64,000 nucleotides of DNA from Adineta vaga. Taxonomy: Eukaryota; Animalia; Rotifera. How positions within the stretch are numbered: the stretch's first letter is position 1; every line of letters starts with the position of its first letter. The position numbers were made by a program, and so were the translations under genes. The stretch covers positions 14,818,001-14,882,000 of the forward strand of contig CP075492.1 of the NCBI GenBank assembly GCA_021613535.1, written 5' to 3'. Below the pieces are notes generated by a model. The model searched no databases. It saw only the letters and a program-made list of their open reading frames with translations, and had not been told where the DNA came from. Positions 1 to 13,073 of the stretch are shown here, in pieces.

Positions 1-605
1 AGGTACAGTAGAAAAGAATTTTTTAGTATCATCTCTTTATGAAAAACGAGAACTATTTCATATGAACGAATAAACTATATTTTTACTTTTCTGTCATTTA
101 CTTGACAAAATTGCTAGGAATAAAGATTCAAACCTTCTTGGGTTTTCTTCTTTTCTCTTGTAAAATATAAACACAAAACTGAGTATTTTCGATGGAGAGG
201 AATTAGGAATTTGATGTGTTAACATCAGGATATGTTCATATTTGTTCGGCTTATATTTTCAACTTATATACTTTGCTAAAATAACAGATTCCATGCATTA
301 TAGATATTTGTAGAGTAAATTGAGTCTTAGTTTTTACTGAAAAATCGTTTCATATATGAAAACAACTTCAACATCAGTAATATACTTGATTACAAAATTA
401 TATTTTTCCATTTTTGTTAAGTAGATTTTATTGAAACAAAAAAATAATTAATATTTTACATCAAATCTTTTTCTTAATGTTGTTAATAATTTATTATTCA
501 TACAGAATTTCAACGGTTGAAAAAAGAATCATTTTTTTATAGTCTAATATTTATCTCATCCGAAATTATATGAAATCAATCTACATATCGTCATATGAAA
601 ATTGA

Positions 606-876
606 ATATATATGTTACAGGGGAAATTAAAATCCAGGACAATTTGAGGGTGTGAGTGTTGATGTAAGTGTGAATGAGGAGATGAAAAAAAGGCTGAGCA
701 TGAATTTGAGGGTGTAGGAGGACGTTTCACCTTTATTCTGACTTACACGTTCACTCTTACCATCAATTTCACTCTCATTCGCAATCACAAGATCGTGCAA
801 GTTAAAATCCTAATAGTTTTCTTACAGAATGTAGAAGAAAACAAGATGATTTTAATTTCCCTTGTAACATCTATAT
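606..876. mobile_element. MITE-like element with ~29-bp terminal inverted repeats and a telomere-like palindromic core
   Basis: Left ATATATATGTTACAGGGGAAATTAAAATC (606-634) matches the reverse complement of the right end, ATATAGATGTTACAAGGGAAATTAAAATC (848-876), at 27/29. The interior has GAGGGTGT-type repeats followed by complementary CACTCT/CACG-type repeats. No ORF. Confidence 0.7.
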
Positions 877-1596
877 GTAACCGTTTCTACAGCTCTCAAT
901 GCTATTCCTATCGGACTTCCCTGCTGCTTATACGGATTCGAAGATGGTAATGATATTAAGAGTTGTCGAATGGTTTTTTTTTTCGTTTTTTTAAAGCATT
1001 TTTGTCGCAAATAATAGCCATACTGAGTTTTTTTCCGATCTACTATATTGTTTACTTTTCGACGCCATTGAGAGAAAAAAAATTCTCTCTTTATATATGG
1101 CGATGATGACCTTGAAAGTATTTTTTTCGGTTCTGCGCTTGTAGAAAGAGAATTATTTGCACGTATTCATTGTTTTTGATAGTTTATTGGAAAAAATCAC
1201 AACGCATAAAGAAATCCTTAAAATTGAAGCAACAAGAATGAGTTTTGTGGCGCAAACAGTCATTCATTTTAAACAGAACAAACACCAACAGTCATTTCAA
1301 TGAAATAAAAATCTTCGAACTTCCGCATTCATCTAATTAGTTACAAAAAATTATTTTGAAGATAAATAAAATATGTTTGATCGATATTAAATTCTAAAAG
1401 TTCTTTAAAAGGTTCTACCACAGTGGCTGAAAGAAGTGTGTGCAACAGATTTCTAATTTTTCTCCGAGGTATATTAAGAATATTTTTTCTATGATTCAGC
1501 GGTAAAACATAGAATCATTCTGTTGTATGATTCATCGATAGAAACGAAATAAACTCATAACATATTGTTCAACAAAAGTGTATTTTTTCATTAAAA

Positions 1597-2918
1597 ATGT
1601 CTGTGCAAGTTGATGTTTTTTCTGATCGATTCAAATTAAAGGAATTGAATAAAAATTTCGAGTATTTAATTCAACTAATCCAATCAACGTATCATCCATC
1701 ACCATTATTCAACGATGAATCATCATTGAAAATAAATGCACATTCATTAGATTTCTTACAACAATTCAATGGATCAAATCAATCCGAACAGATTCACTTA
1801 TTATCTCAGATCAATAGTTTACATGAATTATGGACATTTCTATCATGCAATCCAACATCATATGATTGTGAAACTTTTCTCAACGAACTCTATCAGTTAA
1901 CATTAACTTATTTATCTGTCAAACAACATTTATGTAAGACGTATATTTTTGACGAAATTCACTCATATGATCTTTCTATTTAGCGTTTCATTGTGAAGAT
2001 TTCCTATTAACATTGACTAATTCATACGATGATAAGTTACGATATGCTTGTTTTGAAATATTAGCTTTATTGATGAATGATCCTCGTCCACAAAGTAAAC
2101 AGACAGTAGCGAAATTGAATCGAATGTGTTATGAATGTTTGTACGATTTTCATATTTATTATGAACAAATCAAAACTGTGACGATCGAATCTCGAATAAT
2201 TGATCTAACAAAAGAAGATACTCAAAATTTAGTTGATGGAAGATCCATTCGCACAGATTTAGAAGTGAAAATTAATGAAGCGATTGCTGAATTAGGTGGA
2301 TTGGTATTCTTTAAAATGCGTCGAAGTCCGAAAGATGCTTATCAAAGTAAAGATTTGTCTATTCGATTTGGACATCTTTTCAACTATTTTCTTCTAGATT
2401 TAAGTAAAGAAATCGATGATAAATGGATTCAAATCTGGAATTTGAAAGATAACGAAGATCCTCAAAATCATTTTATGAAAATTCAGAATATAAATCAATT
2501 GAAATTACTTTTTAAAAGTAGTTCTCGTCTTCGTGAAGATTGTAATGAAATATCATCAAATGAAAAACTAATTTTACGACAATGGATTGATTATATTCCT
2601 CCTGAATTTCGATGTTTTGTTTGTAAAGGAAAACTTAATGCCGTTTCAACATATGGATTCCATCAAAACAAATTCAACGATGAAGAACAATTAAAAGAAT
2701 TTCTCAATTCAAAAAAATTTCAAAAGCTTATTCTATCCATTCCCTATACTCATGGAATAGTCGATTGTGCAATTGATCCAAACAATTTCCAAGTCATTAT
2801 CATTGAAATTAATCCTTTTAGTAAACGATCATCAGCAGGAAACTATTCATGGATCATTGATCGAGATATTCTTTATGATTTCTATCAGACAGAGCAATGT
2901 ATTAACATCAGATTATGA
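1597..2918 (+). CDS. Cdc123/R2K-like ATP-grasp protein (3 exons; introns 1934-1983 and 2347-2397)
   Basis: GT-AG intron 1934-1983 joins ORFs 1597 and 2013 in frame, and a 51-nt in-frame intron lies at 2347-2397. Motifs FFKMRRSPKDA, LRQW, EFRCFV and IIEINPF are typical of the D123/Cdc123 ATP-grasp fold. Confidence 0.75.
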
Positions 2919-3210
2919 TAGAATCGTGCTCGTTTTTTAAATAATAAAAAACATGACAAACTTCGAATGCAACATATTTTTCTTTGGTTAAAAAAACAAA
3001 TCTTTCGGAGATTTATACTGATTATTTTGACTATACGAGTGTTAATGGCGGCTTATGGTGAATTATGTATGTAGATGTTTTTCTTACTATAGTAACGAGA
3101 CGCGGTGACGAAAGAAAATTTCAAGTAATATTTTCTGTGAACAACGTCATGTAAATTTCAAAACGTCTATAAATTCGTTGTGTTGAAGTAAGTTTTCATG
3201 TCATTTTCAA

Positions 3211-4459
3211 ATGGCGACGAAATCAAAGAAGAAAAATGGTTGTAACAGTTGCTGTTGTAAATCACCTCAAGAACAAGAACGAGTTAAGGTTACAAATTCT
3301 TTGAAAACCGAAGTGAAAAATCTTGATATACCATATGGTTCTATCAATTTCTATTCGGGTAAGTCGATATAAATCTGAAACATCAGCTTTTTTGCTAATG
3401 ATAATTTGTCTTTTAGGTGTCCGCATGTCAAATAATACGTATACGTGTCCAATGCTTGCAATTCATCTCTATCATTACGAACAATTTGAAGGTGACAGAA
3501 GATTGAACAATGATAGAGTATTAATCGATAGAAAACAAGAAGAACATACTTATCAAACACATCAACAATTGAATGAAGAAGCACGTTTTAATGCTGCAGA
3601 AGATGTGATTATGATTCCACTTGAAGATATATTGTTGATTACCTACACATTAGGTGTTTCGAAACGAATCGAAGCTGAAACGAGAGAAAACATTGTAGAT
3701 CATTCTCATTTGAATAATAATGGCTGTTGTTCGAAAAACAAAATTGAAGTGAAACCCTATGTACACGAAACGATCAGTTACGCACCTTCAAATCGAATTG
3801 TTGATCATGCAGCGAGAGACATACCTATACCTGAATCTCCGAGCTGTTGTTCTTGTTGTCGATCTCGTCGAAAGAAGAAATTATTTAAACGTATCAAACA
3901 AACAAAAACCACCGATCGTCATGTCGAACGTACGATCACAATGATAATTGAGTACAGTAAATATAGTAATCTCGATTCAGCGACAAATACACGTTTACTT
4001 AGTAATGAAGATCAATTAGCTTATTATAGAACACAATTTAATCCAAAATCAGAATTGAAATTCTATTTATTAAAAGAAACTCAAATCGATCCAAAAAATT
4101 TCGATTTGACTAAAACCTATGCAGAAATTTTATGTCGAACTGTTATGCAATTGAAAGGAATGAAAAATTCTTATCCATCTGATTATGAACTACAAATAAT
4201 TCTAACACAGAATCGTTTAGGAACATTTGGAAATGCATACAATGAACCAAGTTTACAAGTTTCTACAGGAGTTATTTTGCCAGGAACAACTGATCCACAA
4301 TATCAACAGTTATACATTTTGCCTCAAAATCAACAACAATATTATTTACCTAAAACTCCACAACCATATCATGCAGCTCCAATTTTACAGCCATATCTTC
4401 CAGCTACTGTTATTCGACCAGTTTATCAACAGCCTTCACCATACATACATCAACAGTAA
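3211..4459 (+). CDS. Uncharacterised Cys-cluster protein with Q/P/Y-rich tail (2 exons; intron 3359-3416); paralog of the 10628 gene
   Basis: Exon 1 MATKSKKKNGCNSCCCK...IPYGSINFYSG splices in frame to GVRMSNNTYTCPML. It shares blocks TYTCPML.IHLY, EYSKYS, ELKFYL and AEILCRTVMQLKGMK with the 10628 gene. Confidence 0.8.
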
Positions 4460-4701
4460 ACTTTTCATTATGTTGTGATTTTCTTTTTCTTTACGAAAAA
4501 TTAAAATTTTAAAACTGAAAATTTTTATTGACAGTATAAATAATGAGTAATGCATCCACGTGCTTGATATTCGTTTTGTTTTTACCTGTGTATCAAAAAT
4601 GAAAATTGTATTACGAGTGCTTTATTCAGTTATCGCTTAAGATAAAACTAGAAATTTCGTTTTACATTTTTCAAATTCTCATCATTTGTAGCAGACAAAC
4701 A

Positions 4702-5931
4702 ATGAGTACGAGTAAATTTGATATTTCAACGAAAATGACAGCTGCTCAACAGACTGGCTATGGTGCAGTACGTAATGTAATTGTACTAGAACATGAAATA
4801 CCTATTCCTCGACAATTATCATCGAATCAAATTCTTGTCAAAGTTTATGCAGCATCAATTAATCCGATTGACTGGAAATTACTGAATGGTAATATGTCAT
4901 TGATCATTCGGCCTTCATTTCCACATATACCAGGGAAAGATGTTGCTGGAATTGTTGTCGATATTGGATCATCTGTAAAACGTTTTGAAATTGGAGATGA
5001 AGTGTATGGAAATCTTCATATGGATGAAGGTAGTTATGCAGAATATGTTCGTGGAAATGAAGGAAATTTTGCTTTAAAACCAAAGAATCTATCAATGATT
5101 GAAGCTGCTGCTGTACCTTTAGCTGGTGAAACGAGTTATCAAGTATTATTTGTTAAAACTTCACCACCCATAGGTCCAAAAAGTAAAGTGTTTATAAGCG
5201 GTGGTGCTTCAGCAACAGGATGGTATGCAATTCAAATGGCCAAAGCAGTTGGTGCTCATGTAGCAACAACAAGTTCGGAAAGAAATTTTAGTTTTATAGA
5301 AAAACTTGGTGAGTTCATGCTAATTGCATAGATTTGAATATATTCAATAGTACAATAGGTTATAAAATTGTACAAGAAATCGATGATATGAAAGATGATG
5401 ATCCACAACAATTATTGGTGATTAATTACAATAAGAAAAATTTTGGTGAAATATTAAAAGGTACATTGTATCTGACGAAACGGAAACATAGTAATCAAAT
5501 TTGATTTTCTCTATTTAGGACAAAACTATGATCTTGTCTATGATTGTGTAGGTGGTGAAGAACAGTGGACAGCTGCGAAACAGATACTTAAACAAGGTGG
5601 TCAATTTATAACTATTGCTGGTGATGATCCAGAAGCATCTGTTTCATTGAAATCAGCCATGACTATTGGACCTCGTCTTCTATCACGAAAACTAGGTTCA
5701 GTTTTTGGATCATCACATCATGGTTATATATTTCATTTGATAAATCCTGTTTCTGCTGAACTTGATCATATACGTACTGAATACATCGAAACAGGTAAAG
5801 TAAAACCATTGATAGATACAGTTTTTGATTGGCAAGAAGATGGAGTTGAAGCATTATATAAATTATATGAAAAATCAAAAAGTGGTAAAGCACAAGGAAA
5901 ATTAATCTTAAAAATCGTTCATGAACAATAA
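4702..5931 (+). CDS. Medium-chain dehydrogenase/reductase, NADPH:quinone oxidoreductase (RTN4IP1/zeta-crystallin-like); 3 exons, introns 5309-5358 and 5461-5518
   Basis: Motifs AASINPIDWK, PGKDVAG, AAAVPLAGETSYQ, GGASATG, YDLVYDCVGG and GKAQGKLILKI. Both introns restore the frame. Confidence 0.88.
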
Positions 5932-6162
5932 AAATAAATTTTGTTGCTTGTTTGTTTTACATCTCTCAATAAAGAAATAAGTATAAATAAAAATAAATGA
6001 ATCGGAGTCAGTGTGACGTTGCGAAAGAAAGTGAAAAAAACGCTGTGTCAGCATGATGTAGCTATTTTTTCTTCTTCTATATATAAACGCATGAAAACCA
6101 TCTATGTCTATAATTATAACCTTCGAATATACGATTAACGATATTTATTACAATAAACAAAT

Positions 6163-6918
6163 ATGGGTAAACTCGATGGAAAGATTGCTCTTATCACAGG
6201 TGGTTCTAGTGGCATTGGTTTTTCTACTGCACAACGATTTCTTGCTGAAGGTGCTGAGCATGTATTCATTACTGGACGACGACAACAAGCACTGGATGAA
6301 GCTATCAACAAATTGAATAGTAAGCATGTGACAGCAGTACAAAGTGATACTTCCAATTTAGATGATCTCGACAGATTATACGCTGTGATTAAGAAGGGAA
6401 AAGGTTATTTAGACATAATCTTCGCTAATGCAGGTGGAGGCGAATTTGCACCGCTTGGATCGATTACTGAAAAGCATTATGATGACATATTCAACACCAA
6501 TGTAAAAGGTGTATTATTTACTGTTCAAAAGGCGTTACCAATTTTGAAAGATGGAGGATCGATCATCTTAAATGGGTCCATTGTTTCTGTCAAAGGAACG
6601 CCAGCCTTCAGTGTTTATTCTGCTACAAAGGCAGCACTTCGATCTTTCGCAAGATGTTGGACTGTCGATTTAAAAGAACGTAAAATTCGAGTCAATACGT
6701 TAAGTCCAGGACCGATTGATACACCAGGATTAGCTAGTATAGGCAAAACCGAAGAAGAATCAAAAGCAATTGCTGCTGGATTTTTAGCTCAAATACCAAT
6801 GGGTCGTCTTGGTACATCTGATGAGATCGCCAAAGCAACTGTGTTTCTTGCTTCGGACGATAGTAGTTATATCACAGGCATCGAACTTTTCGTCGATGGA
6901 GGTATAGCACAGATCTGA
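6163..6918 (+). CDS. Classical short-chain dehydrogenase/reductase, intronless, bacteria-like
   Basis: Motifs TGGSSGIG, NAG, YSATK, SPGPIDT and C-terminal SYITGIELFVDGG. Confidence 0.93.
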   Translation: MGKLDGKIALITGGSSGIGFSTAQRFLAEGAEHVFITGRRQQALDEAINKLNSKHVTAVQSDTSNLDDLDRLYAVIKKGKGYLDIIFANAGGGEFAPLGSITEKHYDDIFNTNVKGVLFTVQKALPILKDGGSIILNGSIVSVKGTPAFSVYSATKAALRSFARCWTVDLKERKIRVNTLSPGPIDTPGLASIGKTEEESKAIAAGFLAQIPMGRLGTSDEIAKATVFLASDDSSYITGIELFVDGGIAQI

Positions 6919-7159
6919 AGTTGTTTTTATTGATTTTTTAATAAAATAAATTTGTTGTGATGAAGTTTGAAGAAGATTATTTATTGTTTATCATAAATTC
7001 TACAGATATCGTACATAGTATACTGCAAGAATACAATTTCATCAGATCCATTTTTTCATTATAATTCATTGTGAGCACATGAATATTTTTATCTTGAACA
7101 TATTCGTTTCTTCTATTGTTTCTACTCGTTATAAAAATGATTTCAAAGCCTAGCTCCTT

Positions 7160-7390
7160 ACTTAAACAAGGTGATCAATTTGTATCTATTATTGCTGATG
7201 ATCTTAACGCATCTGTTCCATTGAAATCAACTGTGACTATATTAGATCTCGTCTTTCATCACGAAAACTAGGTACAGTTTTTGGATCATCACATCCCCGC
7301 TGTATATTTCATTTGATAAATCCTGTTAATTGACAACAAAATGGAGTTGAAATATTATATAAATTATATGAAAAAGTAATCTTAAATATC
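7160..7390 (+). pseudogene. Degenerate partial copy of the last exon of the MDR gene (~5588-5915)
   Basis: CTTAAACAAGGTGATCAATTT...ACGAAAACTAGGTACAGTTTTTGGATCATCACATC...ATTTCATTTGATAAATCCTGTT...GGAGTTGAAATATTATATAAATTATATGAAAAA parallels the MDR exon 3 sequence, with indels and internal deletions. Confidence 0.85.
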
Positions 7391-8448
7391 ACGGATGAAT
7401 CACGAGAAAAGCGATTTTTTTCGCTCTTTCGCACTTCATAATCTATCTATTACTCTATTCATATCAACATACGTTGATTACACATACTTGCCTGGTTTGC
7501 ATTTGTTTTTTTCTCTTGCCGTTCTATTCTTTAATAAATAGAAGTATCGCAAAAACAAACGCGTAATAATAATTTTTCGTTGCGTATCTATTTCATCGAG
7601 AGTATTGAGTATAAAAAGAATCAAATAAGATATCGAAGTAAGATCTCATTCAGAAAATTCTTAGGTTCATATTAATAAATCTATTAGATAAAATACCAAT
7701 AGATAAACTCGAGTGTATAGAATACAACGTCATTGTTTTGCGCGAAGCTTTCACTCTATACTTATATACATACAATCGACGAAAAAGATAAGAAAAGAAA
7801 AGAAAAGAATATACAAACAGATGTTATATGAACATGTTCTTTTCTTTCTTTATCTTTTTATGTCGTGATGGTAATTTATCAGAGGTCAATGTGATAAATT
7901 GATGGAAGCACATCTAGTCTGATTAACTTGCGCCGTCAAATATGTTTATTTGTTAAACAATACTCAAATATTTGGACATTCATTCAGTGCATTCAACGTG
8001 AAAAAAAATCGCTTCAATCATTTATTAATTGAAAATGAACAGTGATCTTTCAGCATGACCAAAAACAAAAAAGATCCACGTTATTTAGCAAAAAATGTGA
8101 TAGATTATTCATAATAAACTCTTAGAAGAATATCGAATTAAAAAGAAAATAAAGAATCATTATCTTTCATAAACTAATTTTCTCTTAAAATATTCACTGC
8201 AATCTATGCTGATTTTTTCATTCTCTAAAATCTGTTAACAATTTATAAACATTATTTCTTATTCATATAGTTTAATCGTCGAACATTTTCTTTCTCTTTA
8301 TATTCTTTTCGACGTTTCTATACTTTTCTTTTTTGTTTTCCTTCGTCATTTTCCGTTTCGACCTTTTTCTTGTCATTCTGAATATACATCGAAAGTTACT
8401 TCATTTTTCTTTATATAGAATTTCATCGACATCTAATATTGACCTGAC

Positions 8449-10346
8449 ATGTCGAAAGCAAGTTCATTACCAGGTATGGGTGCTAGTGTTAATATAAATG
8501 GAAAAGGTGTTACATTTCGTGTTTGGGCACCTTATGCAGATCAAGTCTATGTAGCTGGTAGTTTTACCAATCCTCCATGGAATGAAGGCAAAATTCGATT
8601 AGCACGTGATGATGAAAAATCCGGTTTTTGGTCAGTTTTTGTTCTTGAAGCTAAAGTTCAAGATCAATACAAATTCGTTATTTCAAGTAAAGATCAACCT
8701 GATGTATGGAAATTAGATCCTTATTGTCGTCAAACAACAGGACATATTAATATAAGACACGGTTTACCTTGTGAGAATACTTGTGTAATTATTAATCCAA
8801 ATCTATTCAAGTGGGATGAGAAAAAATTTACTATGTCAGCATGGAATGATTTAATTATTTATGAATTACATCTTGGTACATTTACTAATAATAGTCAATC
8901 AACTCGACGATTTCTTGATGCTATTTCAAAACTAGATTATCTAGTTGAATTAGGAATCAATGCTATTGAAGTTATGCCATGTACAGAATTTACAACCAAT
9001 ACATCAATGGGATATAATCCATCATTATTATTTGCTATTGAAGATCATTATGGTGAAGAACGAAATGTTCAACGATTTGTTAATGAAGCGAATCGTCGAG
9101 GAATTGCAGTTATCTTCGATGTTGTTTACAATCATTTAGGTCCAGATGATTTGAGTGATTGTTTTTGGCGATTTGATGGATGGCATAATAATGAATATGG
9201 TGGAATCTATTTCTATCAAGATGAACGAGCAGTAACAGCTTTCGGTGCTACACGACCTGATTATGGACGTCCAGAAGTTCGACAAATCTTACATGATAAT
9301 GCAATGATGTGGTTTCATGAATATCATGCTGATGGTCTTCGACTTGATTCGACAATCAATATTCGGCGATCACAGCAAGGTGATTTACCTGATGGATGGT
9401 CATTGATGCAATGGATTAATAAAGATAAAAAATCGAATAGAATTACGATTGCTGAAGATCTTCAAGATAATGAATGGTTAACAAAAAAAATTGATGAAGG
9501 TGGTGCTGGCTTTAGTGCTCAATGGGATGCTGGATTTTATAATGTTATTCGAGACGCTGTTATACCCGCAGAGGATTCATCCCGATCAATGTTTGCTATC
9601 AATGATATCCTCAATAAACGTTATAATAATGATGCATTTCAACGAGTTATTTATACTGAATCTCATGATGAAGTAACAGAACAATTCGGTGTGAAATTAG
9701 GTCGTATGCCAGAAAAAATCTGGTTTAATAATCCAAATTCATGGCCTAGTCGAAAACGATCCACATTAGCAGCTGCTATTCTTTTCACGACGCCTGGTAT
9801 ACCAATGATCTTTCAAGTACGAAGAGGCTCTGATGTCACTGAATATTAGTTTTATTTTATTTTCAGGGCCAAGAGTTTCTTGAATGTGGTACATGGACGG
9901 ATAATGCCGATACGAATCCTAATGCAATGCTTGATTGGTCTAAATTAGAGAAGAACAAGGGAATTTTTCAACTCTACCATGATTTAATTAAATATCGTCG
10001 AAATCAAGAGAAGAATACTCGAGGTTTAATGGGTCAACATATTCGTGTTTTTCATATCAATAATGAAAAAAAAATCATTGCTTATCAACGTTGGATGGAA
10101 GGTGGAAAAGGTGATGACGTCATCATTGTTGCTAATTTTTCTTCGGAATCATTTGATTCATATACAATTGGTTTTCCAAATTCTGGTACATGGGAACTAC
10201 GCTTTAACTCCGATTGGAAACAATATTCCGATGATTTTACTGATGTCGGATACACAACAATGGCTGATGAAGGTGAATATGATGGTTTGCAATGTCATGG
10301 CAATGTTGGTTTAGGACCTTATAGTTTAATAATTCTTTCTCAATAA
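8449..10346 (+). CDS. GH13 alpha-amylase-family enzyme with N-terminal CBM48 (GlgB/TreZ-like), bacteria-like; one intron 9817-9866
   Basis: Motifs FRVWAP, IYELHLGTF and DVVYNH; catalytic residues in DGLRLD, IAED and SHDEV. The 50-nt intron restores PGIPMIFQ|GQEF. Confidence 0.9.
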
Positions 10347-10627
10347 AATAATTACAAATATAGATGTAGGTGTATTTGATTCATGGTTGATTTTAGTTGG
10401 TATATCCCAACTGTAAAGGGAATTATATTTGTATGCATAATTAATTTAAAAACTGCAGTAACAAAAGAAAATGAAAGAAGACATAAAATTCGTTAAAATA
10501 AACAATGGAATAATCTTCATGACATATAAGAATAAAGTTAATAACTTTTCTGCTCTCATCTCGAAGAACATTTCATTCTTATTTCGACTTTTAATAAGTG
10601 TGTGCAACGTAACAAATTCAATTTTTA

Positions 10628-11894
10628 ATGGCAAACGAGAGACAAAATAAATCTTGTTTTAGAAGTTGTTGTCCAAATGGTTGTTGTGGATTTTGTAAAC
10701 CACCTATTCAACAGCAAAAACAAGTTGAAACAGTAATTGATCTTAAGAATGCTGTCACCGCAACTGAAATCCCTTACGGTTTTGTTAAATTTTATCCTGG
10801 TAAGAACTATAATTTCTCTTTTGCCTTTGATTTTAACATTTTCATTAGGTATTCGCACGATGGAAAACACTTACACATGTCCAATGCTTTCAATTCATCT
10901 ATATCGTCATCAAGAATATCGTGCTGACACAGCTCAAGATAACCGTACTGCATTCTTCGATGGTAGAAATCGACAGCATATTCATCAAGATGAACAACAA
11001 GCAAACAAATCAGAAGAAGGCAAAGGCGAAGAAGAAGTGATCATGGTTCCATCAGAAGATATACTCAAAATTAATTACAAAACAGAATTTAGAAAAGGTA
11101 TCAATGCTGATATTCGATCGCATATCGTACCAACATATGAATTAAGTGAAAATTGTTGTGATCGTTGTTGTGTTCCATTCGTTAATTGTTGTCGTAAAAC
11201 TCGAGATTGTTGTTGTTGTGTATCTCATCAGCAAACGAGAATTGCTCCTCATGTTGAAAATACAATACTTCGAACAGATATATATTCAAATACATTTTAT
11301 AGAGAAGAAAATGTTCCTCTTTCTGAAACTCAAGCAAGTTGTTGTACTCGTCTGGTGAATCGTTTCCGTTGTTGGTGTTGTCGAAGAAATATATTAATGA
11401 AACTCACCAAAAAAATTTCAACGAAAGCTGAACGTCACGCTGAACGGGTTATTACAATGACTATTGAATATAGTAAATATAGTCACTCTGATACACCATC
11501 CAATGCTCGTTTACTCACTGGTCAACAACAAGCAGACTATTATTTTAGTAAATTTCAACCGCATACAGAATTGAAATTCTATTTAATCAATAGTAAGGAA
11601 TTTGATCCGAGAAATTTTGAGTTGAAGAGTCAACAAGCTGAAATTTTATGTCGAACAGTAATGCAATTGAAAGGAATGAAAGATCGTTATCCATCAGAAC
11701 ATGAATTGAATGATATTCTTGATCAATCTCATCAAAGAACATTTGGTCAAATATTTAATGAACAAGTTTTGCAACTAACATCAGATCCAAATGTCGGACG
11801 AATAGAAAATACTGAGATAAGACCAATTCCATTGTCAATTGAATTAACGACAGTTCAACAACATCAAAATCTAACAACAACATGGGATCACTAA
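10628..11894 (+). CDS. Uncharacterised Cys-cluster protein (2 exons; intron 10800-10848); paralog of the 3211 gene
   Basis: Exon 1 ends IPYGFVKFYPG and splices to GIRTMENTYTCPML. The phase-1 intron is at the same position as in the paralog. Multiple CC/CCCC clusters. Confidence 0.82.
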
Positions 11895-12795
11895 ATCAAG
11901 AGATATTCTTATCGTGAAAATAGATTCATATCTTTTTTCCTATATCATTTCAATAAAATATAATTTAGTTCATCGGAGATTATATTTCTTGAGATTCTAA
12001 TGTTATAAACGTTTCTCCAAATAATATCATACAAACTTTCTCGGAAGAGTGCGTGAGGATGAGGATGAATTGAATGCAGAATAAAAGGAATACTGTCAGA
12101 AGTATTATTTATTTGTTTTATTTGTATGTAATAAATTATATGATCTATTCTTTCGTTGATTTTAGTTGATTAAAATAATCTATATCTATTCATCTTGAAC
12201 ATCAGATGTTAAACTATTGGATAACTTTGTATGAATCATCATTTAAAACCGTTTATATAAGGAATTAGTATATCATATATTCTGCTCGTGAAGAGGTTAC
12301 TAGGTCGTCATAAGACACTTAGTTCTTTCATAGTTCACTGTACTATCTGAATTCCCGTGTTATTCGAAAGAAAGAAAAAAAGAAAAAGAAAATTTAAATA
12401 TAACTTCTAACATGATTTATTTGTTTACTTTTTTTGTAACTACTAAGTGTGACTATATCTTTAGTACGTATGTCCAACTGGTTTTATTTCTCATGAATAT
12501 ATTTTTATTTATAGAAAGGTCATGTTTCGTTCTACTGACGTCTCCAAGATCCATGATATTGAAATGAACTGTTACGATATTTCAATTGGTTCTTTAGCAA
12601 CGTCAGGTATTCCATTTGAAATTAAAGATAAGAATTATGCAGTAGTTCTTATTAAAAATTGTTTTATCTAGTAAATATAGAAGTGAAATTTATCGAATTG
12701 ACGATTTCGACAGAAAGAAAAAATGTCGAATAGGAAATTGTCGAAAGAAATATGTCGAAAAAGAAAACATCGAAGCGGAATTTTAGTGCTAACAC

Positions 12796-13073
12796 CCCAG
12801 GTCAAATAATCTGGTTCGGAACCGGCCAGTTCCGGGACTTTTCGGAGACTTCATGGAAGCAGTATTCCGGTGACTAAATCCTGTTATCGGATTTACTTGG
12901 TTTTACTGGGAACCGACAAAAACTTGCCGTAACCGATAGTCGGATACGATCTCCGGTTCCCTCAGCAGAATTCCAGACACTTTCCCATGGTATTCAACGC
13001 GAAAAACATAGATATCCTGCAGGTATTCGTCGGAAATAAGCGGAATCCTTCTTCCAGGAACCATCGTCCTGGG
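12796..13073. mobile_element. Possible non-autonomous DNA transposon remnant (CCCAGG termini)
   Basis: A relatively GC-rich island bounded by CCCAGGTC and GTCCTGGG (7/8 inverted match). No clear target site duplication. Confidence 0.4.
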
